A DNA stretch of 64,000 bases from Myxococcota bacterium (lineage in GTDB: Bacteria; Myxococcota_A; UBA9042; PHBI01; JAWLBL01), in NCBI GenBank assembly GCA_041687695.1, contig JAWLBL010000021.1, positions 70,325 to 134,324 on the forward strand, written 5' to 3'. The notes under the pieces were generated by a model that did not search any database, was not told where the DNA came from, and worked only from the letters and a program-made list of their open reading frames with translations. The translations under genes were made by a program, and so were the position numbers. Below, piece by piece: positions 49,677 through 58,484 of the stretch (the stretch's first letter is position 1; every line of letters begins with the position of its first letter).

Positions 49677-51650
49677 CTACTTCCCTGCCTCCTTGGCGCG
49701 CTCGGCGGCCAGCGCCTCGCAGCCTTCGGCGTTGCCGGCGTCACAGGCCAGCTGTAGGAGCCGCAGCCGGTCGGCCTTCTGGTAGGGCTTGGTCTTCTTG
49801 GCCCGCCCGAGGCACGCCGCGCCGTCGCCGGCCGCGCACGCCTCCTCCTGGTCGAGCAGCGCCGTCACCTCGGGCGCCCGCTTGCTCCACCCGCAGCTCT
49901 GCGCGCCCTTGGTGCGGGCGCACGCCTCGGCCGCGATCTCCAGCCCTCGTCGCCCCTCGCGCAGCGCCGGGTCCTTGCCCTCGACCAGCCAGCGCACCAA
50001 CGCCCCGCAGTCCGCGTCGCGCCCCTGCTGGCAGCCCTCCTCCAGCATCGCCCGCCCACGCGCCACGTCCGGCGGTCCGTGCTTGCCGTCCAGCAACCAC
50101 CCCGCCAGGTAGCGGCACGCGTCCAGGTGCCCCAGGTCGCACCCGCGGGCCATCGCCGCCCGCGCCTTGCCGCCGTCGGCCGCCTCCCCTCGCTCGGGGC
50201 CCGACCACCAGTCGGCCACCCACACGCAAGCCTCGCCCAGCCCCAGCTGGCAGGCGCGCTCGTAGGCGAGCCCCGGGTTGTCGCGCCACGACGCGCCCAA
50301 CTGCTCGGGAAAGCGCTGGTAGAAGCGGTTGGCCAACCGTCCGGCCTCGAAGCAGCTCTGCGCGTCGCCCTTGTCGCACTTGCCGGCCAGCGCGGCGGCG
50401 GCCTTGAGCCCCTCGTGCCGGAAGCGGCCCTCGCAGGCCGGACTCATCCCGTAGCCGTCGTCGGCGTCCAGGTTCGGACACAGCTTCACGTACATCGCCG
50501 CCGCGCCGCGCAGGTCCGGCTTGCCCCCCGCGCCCCGCTCCAGCGCCCCCGCCAGGCGCTCACACGCCTCGCCCTGCTTGGCCTTGCACAGCTTTCCGAG
50601 CTGCGCCATCCCCGCCTTGGGATCGGCCGGTCCGCCCCGCCCATCGATCAGGTCCTCGGCCAGCTCCACGCACGCGTAGGTCGACCCCAGCACGCAGGCC
50701 CGCTCGGTCAGTCCCCGGGCCCTCGGTCCCGCGTCCTCCACCGCCTCCTTGCCCCCATGGCGCAGCAGGAACGCGCCCTGCGAACAGCACGACGGCTCGC
50801 CCAGCTCGCACCCCAGCGCGTACCACCTCAGCTTGCCCTGCACGTCCTCCTTCGGCGTCTTGGCGCCCGCCCGCAGGCAATGCCCCGGGTTGAGCCCGGC
50901 CTGGCACAGCAGCCCTCGGAACCTCGCCTCGCGCGGCTCGTCCTTGGCGACCGCCGCGTCCAGCGCCAGCTTCTCGCAGGTCTCGGCGTGCCCCAGCTCG
51001 CAGCCCCGCTCGCGCAGCGCCTGGGCCTTGGTGACGTCCTTGGCCCAGCCCCAGTTGCCACGCCCTATCTTCAACGCCTCGCCGTACTCACCGCAGGCCG
51101 CGGCGTTGCCCGCCTCGCACGCCTGCTCCAGCCGCTTGCGCGCCTCGGCCGGGTCCGCGGCCCCGCCCGTGCCCTTGGCGACGGCCCACGCCAGCGCCAC
51201 GCACGACGCCTCGTGACCGGCGTCACACCCCGCCCGGAACAGCTTGGCGGCGCGCTCGGGGTCCTTGGCGACGCCCCCGACACCCAGCTCCAGCAGCCGC
51301 CCCAGCCGCACGCACCCGGCCTGCTCCCCGGCCTTGCACGCCTTTTCGAACAGCGACGCGGCCCGCGTGAAGCGGTCCGCCTCATGGCCCCTCTCGATGC
51401 GCCGCCCCAGCGTCACGCACGCTGGCGCGTGCTTGCCCGAGCACGCCCGCTCCAGCGCCGCGAGGTACTCCTCCTCGGTGGCGTCGAACACGGCCAGCCG
51501 CTCGCAGCTGGCCCCGTCCCGCTTGCCGCACTTGCGCTTGCAGTCCTCGACCCCGTCGCACGGCAGCTTCGGCCCCGCCGCCGCGACCCCACCACCCAGC
51601 ACCACGCCCACGGCGACCAGCGCCGCCGCCACCCACGATGTGCCCTTCAT
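49677..51650 (-). CDS. Secreted Sel1-like repeat (SLR/TPR-like) protein
   Basis: Signal peptide MKGTSWVAAALVAVGVVLGG. More than 12 repeats of A..Lf.kAC.aG...gC..LG.ll..G.G...D...A with paired Cys. Confidence 0.75.
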   Translation of the reverse strand: MKGTSWVAAALVAVGVVLGGGVAAAGPKLPCDGVEDCKRKCGKRDGASCERLAVFDATEEEYLAALERACSGKHAPACVTLGRRIERGHEADRFTRAASLFEKACKAGEQAGCVRLGRLLELGVGGVAKDPERAAKLFRAGCDAGHEASCVALAWAVAKGTGGAADPAEARKRLEQACEAGNAAACGEYGEALKIGRGNWGWAKDVTKAQALRERGCELGHAETCEKLALDAAVAKDEPREARFRGLLCQAGLNPGHCLRAGAKTPKEDVQGKLRWYALGCELGEPSCCSQGAFLLRHGGKEAVEDAGPRARGLTERACVLGSTYACVELAEDLIDGRGGPADPKAGMAQLGKLCKAKQGEACERLAGALERGAGGKPDLRGAAAMYVKLCPNLDADDGYGMSPACEGRFRHEGLKAAAALAGKCDKGDAQSCFEAGRLANRFYQRFPEQLGASWRDNPGLAYERACQLGLGEACVWVADWWSGPERGEAADGGKARAAMARGCDLGHLDACRYLAGWLLDGKHGPPDVARGRAMLEEGCQQGRDADCGALVRWLVEGKDPALREGRRGLEIAAEACARTKGAQSCGWSKRAPEVTALLDQEEACAAGDGAACLGRAKKTKPYQKADRLRLLQLACDAGNAEGCEALAAERAKEAGK

Positions 51651-51789
51651 GGTCCCCCCAAGGTTCCGAGACCGCTTCCATATCGCAGCCCTGCCTCCTT
51701 TGAAAGGGCCCCCCCGTCAGTCGTTCGGACGGTCGCGACCGCCCCCTCAGCCGCAGGCGACGCCCGCTTCCCGTCTCCCCAGCTCACTT

Positions 51790-52270
51790 CGCGCCGCCCC
51801 CGCCCCCGATCGCCCTCCCTCACCGCCCGATCGCCCCCCACAAACGCCGCTCGCCCTGCCGCAGCCCGCGATCGCCGCGCCGCAGCCCTCGATCGCCGTC
51901 CCCCACCCCCACATCGCGCTTCCCCACCGGCGTTTCGCGTTCCGCCACCCCGCTCCGCCCGCCCCCGCCCCCGATCGCCCTGCCGCAGCCCCCGATCGCC
52001 TCCCCAAAACCCCGATCGCCCCGCCGCAGCCCTCGATCGCCGCTCTCCACGCCCTCGTCGCGTTTCCCCAGCGGCGCTTCGCGTTTCCCCAATGGAGTTC
52101 GCGTCTCCCCACCCCGCTCCGCGCTGCCCCAGCCCCCGATCGACGTCGTGCCCCCTCCGATCGCCTCCCGCAGGCCTCGATCGCCCTTCCCGCCCCCCGG
52201 ATCGCGTTTCCCCACTCGCGTTCCGTGTTTCCCCACCCGCCTCGCGCCCTTCCCCAGCCCCGTACACGCT
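51790..52270. repeat. Degenerate tandem array (~3 x ~150 bp) studded with ~12 CGATCGCC motifs in a divergent intergenic region
   Basis: Recurring CCCCGATCGCC(C/G) every 18-25 bp. Unit repeats near 51780, 51950 and 52090. Confidence 0.75.
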
Positions 52271-52384
52271 CGCCATCCCGCGACGCTCCGGCCTGCCGCA
52301 CCGCAGGAGCCGACCCGGGGGCCAGTTGCGCTCCCCCCCTCGCATGGTACCGTCGGGCCCTGCCCACAACCCGGAGGTGCCCCC

Positions 52385-53320
52385 GTGCACGCGTTCCTCT
52401 CGTCGCATCCGCTGTCCGTCGACCCGCTGGCGCTCCTGCAAGAGGGCCACTCCCTCGAGACGGCCGAGCTCGACGCCGTCTGCGCCTGGGCCGACGCCGT
52501 CTTCCGCGGCCTGCCGCCCGACACGCCGCTGCACCGCCCGAGCGGTCCGCTCACGGTGCTGCGCGGGCTGACCACCAGCCTGACGACCCTCGCGGCGTCC
52601 GAGGCGCCGGCCCTGCGCGCGCAGTACACCGACTACGAGGACGCCGAGCACGTCGTCCCGGCGGCGGTCTTCCTCGCCCTCGAGCTGGTCATCCGCGTCC
52701 GCGAGACGGCCGAGCATCCCCTCGCCTCGGACGAGCAGGCCAAGGCCATCGGCAAGGCGCGCGGCTGGACCCAGGTCACGGACGTGACGGCCGACCTCCT
52801 GACCCAGGAGTCGCGCCTGGTGGAGCACGGCGCCGTGGTCCTGCGTCGCGTCCCCGACCTCCGCGCCCGCTGGCTCGCCGACGACGCGCGCCGCACCTAC
52901 GACGACACCATGGGCGACCTGCAGCGCCGCCTCGACTTCATCGCCGACCCGGCTTTCGCCCTCCACTTCGCCCGGGCCCAGGCCAAGACGACCGCGCTGG
53001 TCACGGACACCCGCGGCCTCATGACCGACGCCAACCGCTTCCGCCAGTCCCGCGAGCAGCGCCTCGAACACGCGGTCGCCATGACCCGCCGCCGCAACGT
53101 CCTGTTCACCCTCCTCGCCGCCGGCATCACGAACCTGCAAGAGATCCTGACCGCCTCCCTGGCCGACCAGCCCGACAAGCTCGCCCGCGTCGAGGGCCGC
53201 TACTGGTGGAACCTGGTCCGCTACGGCCGCCCCGCCGGCACCACCTCCTCCCCGGACCCGTCCGACGCGCCCGAGCCCACCGACGCTCCGGCCCCCACCG
53301 ACGAGCCGGCCCCCGCCTGA
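52385..53320 (+). CDS. Hypothetical protein with Pro/Thr/Asp-rich C-terminal tail
   Basis: GTG at 52385 after GGAGG. Helical protein-like sequence. Confidence 0.45.
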   Translation: MHAFLSSHPLSVDPLALLQEGHSLETAELDAVCAWADAVFRGLPPDTPLHRPSGPLTVLRGLTTSLTTLAASEAPALRAQYTDYEDAEHVVPAAVFLALELVIRVRETAEHPLASDEQAKAIGKARGWTQVTDVTADLLTQESRLVEHGAVVLRRVPDLRARWLADDARRTYDDTMGDLQRRLDFIADPAFALHFARAQAKTTALVTDTRGLMTDANRFRQSREQRLEHAVAMTRRRNVLFTLLAAGITNLQEILTASLADQPDKLARVEGRYWWNLVRYGRPAGTTSSPDPSDAPEPTDAPAPTDEPAPA

Positions 53321-53636
53321 CCTTAGAGCCCGGTACGACGCCCCTGCGCGACCGGCGTCACCCCTAACCGGGGCCGCCGGCCGCGCGTTCACCGCCTCGC
53401 CCCCAATCTCTGACCCGTGCGCGGTTGGACACGCTAGCACCGGGCCCCTCTCGCCGAGAGCGTGGCTCGCCGTGGTGGCCACGCCGGTCGTGGACATGAC
53501 CGACGAATCCGGATGGACGGCCACGGCATTCGCCTCCATGATGGCCCTGGTTTGGCGGAGCCGACCTTCCAAGGTCGAGAGCGCTGGGACTTGGGAAGCT
53601 GACGTGTCGTCAACGTGCTTGACCAGGAGGGTTCGA

Positions 53637-54146
53637 ATGGGATCGCTCGAGCGCACGTCAGTGGCAATGACCTGGATGCTTGCCCTTGCCGCGTACATCT
53701 CCGTCGCGTCGTGCTCGGACCCGAGCAGTCGAGCCAGCGCCGATGCCGCGGTACCCGACTCAGGTACGCTCGACGCTCCCGACCTTCCAGAAGACGGCGA
53801 CACCGTCGTGAAGGACATCCTCGAAACGACCGATGCCGACGCGGCAGAATCACAGGATGGAAGCGACGTATTCGCATCGGACATCGACGTCGAACATGAT
53901 CTGTCTGACATCGGGACGGACGAGGGTGGCAGTACGGATGTGGGGCCTGAATGCGATGGCAGCCCCAAGGAAGGGTGCCCCTGTGATAAGGCGACCGACG
54001 AGCCCTGCTGCCTCTACCAGTCCGTGGGGCTGACGTGCGAGAAGGTCATCAACCCTCCTGCCTACTACTGGGTCACCCTCTACGATTGCGGTTGCGACCC
54101 TGGGCCATGGTGTGAGGGCTACACGCTCTTCCCACTCTGCAAGTAA
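53637..54146 (+). CDS. Small acidic Cys-rich lipoprotein
   Basis: ATG at 53637 after GGAGGG. Lipobox ISVASC. Asp-rich, then a Cys-rich C-terminus. Confidence 0.55.
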   Translation: MGSLERTSVAMTWMLALAAYISVASCSDPSSRASADAAVPDSGTLDAPDLPEDGDTVVKDILETTDADAAESQDGSDVFASDIDVEHDLSDIGTDEGGSTDVGPECDGSPKEGCPCDKATDEPCCLYQSVGLTCEKVINPPAYYWVTLYDCGCDPGPWCEGYTLFPLCK

Positions 54147-54149
54147 AGG

Positions 54150-54230
54150 GGTCGTAGGTGTCCGGGTTCATCACTTTTCGGTATCTTGCCCGTCGCCCGT
54201 CGGGAAGATGAAAAGTGATGAACCCTGACT
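54150..54230. repeat. Copy A of a ~75-bp hairpin repeat (TTCATCACTTTTC...CCCGTCGCCCGTCGGGAA...GAAAAGTGATGAACCCTGAC); copies B at 57025-57100 and C at 57611-57680
   Basis: 13-bp perfect inverted arms flank the CCCGTCGCCCGTCGGGAA core. Copy B overlaps the start codon of the 56300..57043 gene (MNPD...). Confidence 0.7.
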
Positions 54231-54257
54231 CCCAACTCTTCACGACTGGTGCCAGGA

Positions 54258-54809
54258 TCAGTTGTCGAGGCGTTCGAGCTCGCGGCGACCGTCGGCGAGC
54301 GAAGGGAGGCCGAGCGCGTCGGGAGGGCAGGCGGCGAATCGCCGGGCGGCCAGCCGTATCACGCGGGCTTCCGCGCGGCGCTCATAGGCGTTCTTCAATG
54401 GGGCATCCTCGCGCACGCCGTCGACATCGTCGAGCCAGAGGAGCCACGTCTCGATGCTCCAGGTGGGGCATGGCGTGGCGATCCGCTCGCTCGGCTTTCG
54501 GGGCGAGAGGCCGGCTTCAGCGAGCGCCGCGTCATTCTCGGCTTTCCGCCGCTTCACTCCCGCGGAATCGCCGTCACGGGTCGCGACGAGGGCCGACTTC
54601 TTGTAGCTCGTGCTTCGCTGTTTGCGGACCTCGCCGACGTATCGAGCGAGCACCCACTGCTCGGCCGAGCCGGCCGCGGACGGGGCCGTCACATAGGTGA
54701 GGTTTCTGAAGCCGAGCTCGGTGAGCACGTAGCGCATGAACTGCTCGGTCCGGAGATCCTCGCTGACGACGACCACGGGAATCTTGGAACGGCTGGCCTT
54801 CCTACTCAT
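54258..54809 (-). CDS. Small TOPRIM-like (DUF4276/RloB-like) protein, partner of the upstream ATPase
   Basis: MSRKASRSKIPVVVVSEDLRTEQFMRYVL (E..D TOPRIM motif 1) and ...VATRDGDS (DxD-like). The start overlaps the ATPase stop (ATGAGTAG). The N-terminal 179 aa of the ORF track is an S/T-rich out-of-frame overlap and was trimmed. Confidence 0.55.
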   Translation of the reverse strand: MSRKASRSKIPVVVVSEDLRTEQFMRYVLTELGFRNLTYVTAPSAAGSAEQWVLARYVGEVRKQRSTSYKKSALVATRDGDSAGVKRRKAENDAALAEAGLSPRKPSERIATPCPTWSIETWLLWLDDVDGVREDAPLKNAYERRAEARVIRLAARRFAACPPDALGLPSLADGRRELERLDN

Positions 54810-55911
54810 CGAGGAGCCGCCGGGCGATGGCCTCGGAGGGCGCGACAGGGTCGTCGGAGGGGAGCGCGAGCCGTTCGACGATGACATGGGCGCCTTGGGG
54901 CCGCGTGAAGCGCCAGACGTCGTGGGGGGCGAGGTAGTCGATGACTCCGGGGTGGTGGGAGACCACGAAGGCTTGTCCGCGGGCGCTGAGGGCGTCGACG
55001 ACGCGGACGAGCCACGGCTGGATCTCGGGGAGCCCGACGAAGTTGTCGGGCTCGTCGAGGAGCAGCGTGTGCGTCTGGAAGAGCTGCGCTGCGAGGAGGG
55101 TGTAGAGGACGACGAGGACGCGCTGACCGTCGGAGAGCTCCCCGAAGTGGAGATCAATCGGCGGGGCGGCGCGGCCTGGCTCGAAGGTGGCGACCAGGTG
55201 ACGAGAACGTCCCCCGGGTGCGGCGATGAGCTTGAGTCGCTTGAAGCCCTGGAGGATGTCGCGCAGGTGGGAGTTGAGGTCCTCGAGCACCTCGGGCTGA
55301 CTCTGGACGATGTGCCGGTACCAGGACGCGAAGTTGTCGCCGTCATGGCTCAGCGACGGTTCCTCCTCTTCGGACTCGTCGGCCATGTCCGAGGGGTCGA
55401 GCTTGAGGAGCCACGTCGTGGAGAGGAACGCCTTGAACTCTGTGATGCGAGCCGTCTCCGGGCGGGCATCGATGAGCGCGAGGAAGGAGATCGATCCCGC
55501 GACCGGGAAGCGAGCCGACTCGGCGCCAGCGTCATCGTGGAGCCGCACATGCCCGTCTGCATACTCGTAGAGCGTCAGGCCGTTCCACGTGAGCCGCTCG
55601 GACGCGATCCGGGCGCCACGCGATGTCGGGTCATGCGCCACGACCAAGGCGTAGGCGTAGTTCCCGCCAGCTCCGCCGAGCTCGAGTCCGAAGCTCTGCT
55701 CGCGTCGCGTCTGCCAGCGTGTGAGCGTGGCCTCGGGGAAGGCGTCGTCGACCGGCTGCTGGTCGATGATGAGGTCGCGGAGGGTCGCCATGACCTCGAA
55801 GAGCGTCGTCTTGCCCGAGCCGTTGTCGCCGAGGAGGAGGTTGAGCCGGCCCGGGCGGAGCTCGAAGTTCACGAAGCAGCGGTAGTTGTCGACGTAGAGG
55901 CGCGTGAGCAT
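54802..55911 (-). CDS. ABC-type/AAA_21-family ATPase (RecF/OLD-like), putative defence-system ATPase
   Basis: ATG at 55911. MLTRLYVDNYRCFVNFELR..LNLLLGDNGSGKTTLFE (Walker A), ELSDGQRVLVVL (signature), LLLDEPDNFV (Walker B) and VSHHPG (H-loop). Confidence 0.7.
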   Translation of the reverse strand: MLTRLYVDNYRCFVNFELRPGRLNLLLGDNGSGKTTLFEVMATLRDLIIDQQPVDDAFPEATLTRWQTRREQSFGLELGGAGGNYAYALVVAHDPTSRGARIASERLTWNGLTLYEYADGHVRLHDDAGAESARFPVAGSISFLALIDARPETARITEFKAFLSTTWLLKLDPSDMADESEEEEPSLSHDGDNFASWYRHIVQSQPEVLEDLNSHLRDILQGFKRLKLIAAPGGRSRHLVATFEPGRAAPPIDLHFGELSDGQRVLVVLYTLLAAQLFQTHTLLLDEPDNFVGLPEIQPWLVRVVDALSARGQAFVVSHHPGVIDYLAPHDVWRFTRPQGAHVIVERLALPSDDPVAPSEAIARRLLDE

Positions 55912-56187
55912 GCGGGTTCCGGTGCGGGGCCGGGGCGCCGACGGACCTGGGAGGGCCGCGCAGCGGTCCGGGCTGACGACGAGGTGCATACCTCACGCGA
56001 CGCGGGGAGCCAACCCGGGCGCTCCGGCCCCGTTCAGGATCGACGTCCCCGCCACCGCCGGTTCGTGGGACCTCACGACGTGGTGTCCGCGGGCCTTCAG
56101 CCTCGACGTTCACCCGTCCTCAGGCTTCGCAGGGTTGACGAGGCGGGCCAGACGGAGGGGCCCGGGTCGACGGGGTGGCGGGGAGGA

Positions 56188-56313
56188 GGACGTTACCGCG
56201 GAAACGTGACCCTGGGTCGGCAGGCCGGCGGGGCGGAGGAGGACGTTACCGCGGTAACGTGTCGCTGGCGTCGGCAGGCCGGCGGGTCTGTGGAGCACGT
56301 TACCGGGGAACCG
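56188..56313. repeat. Two and a half tandem copies of the GGACGTTACCGCGG(A/T)AACGTG...GTCGGCAGGCCGGCGGG intergenic repeat family
   Basis: Contains the perfect palindrome GTTACCGCGGTAAC. Full ~105-bp family members at 61032-61125, 61193-61300, 63304-63358 and 63359-63465. Confidence 0.8.
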
Positions 56314-57043
56314 CCTCGCGCAGGGACTCGAGCGCGCGTGAGAGCTCGGAGTCGGGCTCGTTCGGGTCTCGGGCGCGGAGGAGCAGGGCCTTGGCTTCGG
56401 TCGTTCGGCCGAGCTTGGCGAGCATGCGACACCGCGCGAGGAGCCAATGGCCGGTCGCCCGGAGCTCGTCGGGTGCGCAGGTCTCGAGCTCCTTGGGGAG
56501 CCATGTGTCCGTGAGCGCGAGGGCTTCCGACCAGCGACTCGTCTGAGCGAGCCACTCGAAGAGGAGCTCGTCGACGGCAAGACGATCCCAGGCGCGCAGC
56601 TTGGGGAACGGATGGATCACCGCGCCACGCGGGAAGGCGTCGCGCGCTGCTGCCGAGACGCGCTGCAGGAAGGCGATGGCGTCGCCCGGGGAGCCCTCGA
56701 GCCAGAGCTGCCGGGCGTGATGCTTGATGGCCGGCCAGCCGCTGGGCTTGCGTCGATCGCGCAGCAAGAGGAGCGGCAGCCAAAGGATGGACGTCGCCAC
56801 CACCAGCGTCAGACCGGACACGGCGAGGAAGAAGGAACCCAGCACCCACAGGCGACTCAGCCCTCGCTCGCGGACCCATGCGGCGCGTTCGACGCGCCAG
56901 ATCGATGTGAACGCCTCGACCAACACGCGAAGTGCGTCGGCCAGGGTGTGCCTGGGTTTCGGGTCCATCTCGGAGCCGCTCATTGGCCAAGCAAGCCCCT
57001 CGGGCCACGCGGAGTCAAGTGGGTCGTAGTTGTCGGGGTTCAT
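56300..57043 (-). CDS. Hypothetical membrane protein (TM segment + helical C-terminal domain)
   Basis: ATG at 57043 (MNPDNYDPLDSAWPEGLAWP...). TM helix LWVLGSFFLAVSGLTLVVATSILWLPLLLL. Confidence 0.55.
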   Translation of the reverse strand: MNPDNYDPLDSAWPEGLAWPMSGSEMDPKPRHTLADALRVLVEAFTSIWRVERAAWVRERGLSRLWVLGSFFLAVSGLTLVVATSILWLPLLLLRDRRKPSGWPAIKHHARQLWLEGSPGDAIAFLQRVSAAARDAFPRGAVIHPFPKLRAWDRLAVDELLFEWLAQTSRWSEALALTDTWLPKELETCAPDELRATGHWLLARCRMLAKLGRTTEAKALLLRARDPNEPDSELSRALESLREAVPR

Positions 57044-57170
57044 CACTTCCCACCTTCTCGCCCGTCGCCCGTCGGGAAAACGGAAAGTGACTGGCACCTA
57101 CCTCTCTGCGGAAGCGTCCGAGGCCTCTGGCCGCCTTCCGGATAGCGGAGCCCCTGTGTAGACTGGCCTC

Positions 57171-57575
57171 ATGAGGGCTTCCAACACCACCCCGAATCCG
57201 CGCCAGGCAGCCCTGGTCTTCGGCCTGACTGGCGCCGTGACCGCCGCCATAATCTTGATGACCCGCGGCGACCCGGCCGGGCTCATCGCCGCCTTGGCCG
57301 CCGTCTCGGGACTGGGCGCCTGGGTGACGGCCCTGCTGTGCTGGCGTCTGGTCAGCAAGAGGGCAGGCGGCCCGACCCGGCTGAGCGGCTTCGTCGCCGG
57401 GCTGCTGGTGGGCGTCCTGTCGCACCTGCCCGCGATGATGGGATTCGCCGCCGTTCTGGGCGGGCCGGCAGAGGCTCTGAAGGGCGTCGTCCTCAGCCTG
57501 TTCAGCGTCATCACGTTCGGATGGCTGACCGGCCTCGTCGGAGGGGCGGTGGGAGCCCTCCTGGTCCGGCCGTAG
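57171..57575 (+). CDS. Small integral membrane protein (4 TM)
   Basis: Hydrophobic protein-like ORF. Confidence 0.5.
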   Translation: MRASNTTPNPRQAALVFGLTGAVTAAIILMTRGDPAGLIAALAAVSGLGAWVTALLCWRLVSKRAGGPTRLSGFVAGLLVGVLSHLPAMMGFAAVLGGPAEALKGVVLSLFSVITFGWLTGLVGGAVGALLVRP

Positions 57576-57692
57576 CAGGCCAGGGGTCAGGCCCCAACTG
57601 GCTGGCCCAGGTGTCAGAGTTCATCGCTTGTCACTTTCTGGCCCGTCCAGAAAGTGGAAAACGATGACCCTGACATCGCGCCTTCCTGAGCG

Positions 57693-58484
57693 TCACTCCA
57701 GGGGCGTGAGCTCGGCGCCAGCCTCGGTCAGGCGCAGGCGGTATCGCTGCAGTGGCGCGTCCTGGGGCGTTTGGGTCGAGCAACCCGCCGGTAGTGGGCA
57801 GGTCGTCTCGAGTTGGATGCTGCCGTCGAGGCACGGTGTGGCCGACAGCGCGTGGCCGCGGAAGCCCACCTCGGTCCTCAGCAGCTCCTGCGGACCCGCC
57901 GACGCGGTGTAGCGCACGAACAGCTGGGTGGGGACGCCTTCGGCCGACCCACGCACGAGGAAGTGCTCTCCCCCGAGGGGTTGCACGCTGGCGATGCGGC
58001 CGAGCGCGGCGTGCAGACAGGGCGCCTGGTCGGCCAGGACGCGGCCCGCCGTGTCATAGATGCGACATCGCTGCCCGCCGCACGTCAGGCCGTGCTGCTG
58101 GACGAGGAGACGGTGCCCGTCGAGGGCGACCGCGACCACGTCGACGCCCTTGGCGCAGTGGTCCCGGTCCGCTTCGCCGGAGAAGTCGAGCCACAAGGGC
58201 ACCTCGAGCGGCGCCTCGAGCCCGCCTCCCTCGATCCTGGCGAGCGGCTCGCCCAGCGTTTCTGGCATGCGCTGCCCGACTATCTCAGGTGGCTCGATGG
58301 GCGCCAGCGGCTCACAGCGCGCGGCTCGCTGCGCGGCGGGCGGGGTCACCGGCTCGGTGGCGCGACAGCCCGCCGACGCCAGGACGGCGGCGCCGACGAC
58401 CAATGCCAGCGAGAGGAGGAGCCGGGGAGAGGGGCCGGATCGAGAGCGGCGGCCGCGGCGCGCCTGCTGGGTGGACGGACTCAT
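57693..58484 (-). CDS. Lipoprotein, unknown function
   Basis: ATG at 58484 overlapping the upstream stop (ATGA). Signal peptide + lipobox LLLSLALVVGAAVLASAGC. Confidence 0.6.
   Translation of the reverse strand: MSPSTQQARRGRRSRSGPSPRLLLSLALVVGAAVLASAGCRATEPVTPPAAQRAARCEPLAPIEPPEIVGQRMPETLGEPLARIEGGGLEAPLEVPLWLDFSGEADRDHCAKGVDVVAVALDGHRLLVQQHGLTCGGQRCRIYDTAGRVLADQAPCLHAALGRIASVQPLGGEHFLVRGSAEGVPTQLFVRYTASAGPQELLRTEVGFRGHALSATPCLDGSIQLETTCPLPAGCSTQTPQDAPLQRYRLRLTEAGAELTPLE

Noticed and set aside
54215-54884. Plus-strand ORFs 54215..54700 (MMNPDSQLF...) and 54249..54884
   Set aside because: Antisense to the TOPRIM-like gene and Arg-rich. Only the first 4 codons belong to the conserved leader repeat.
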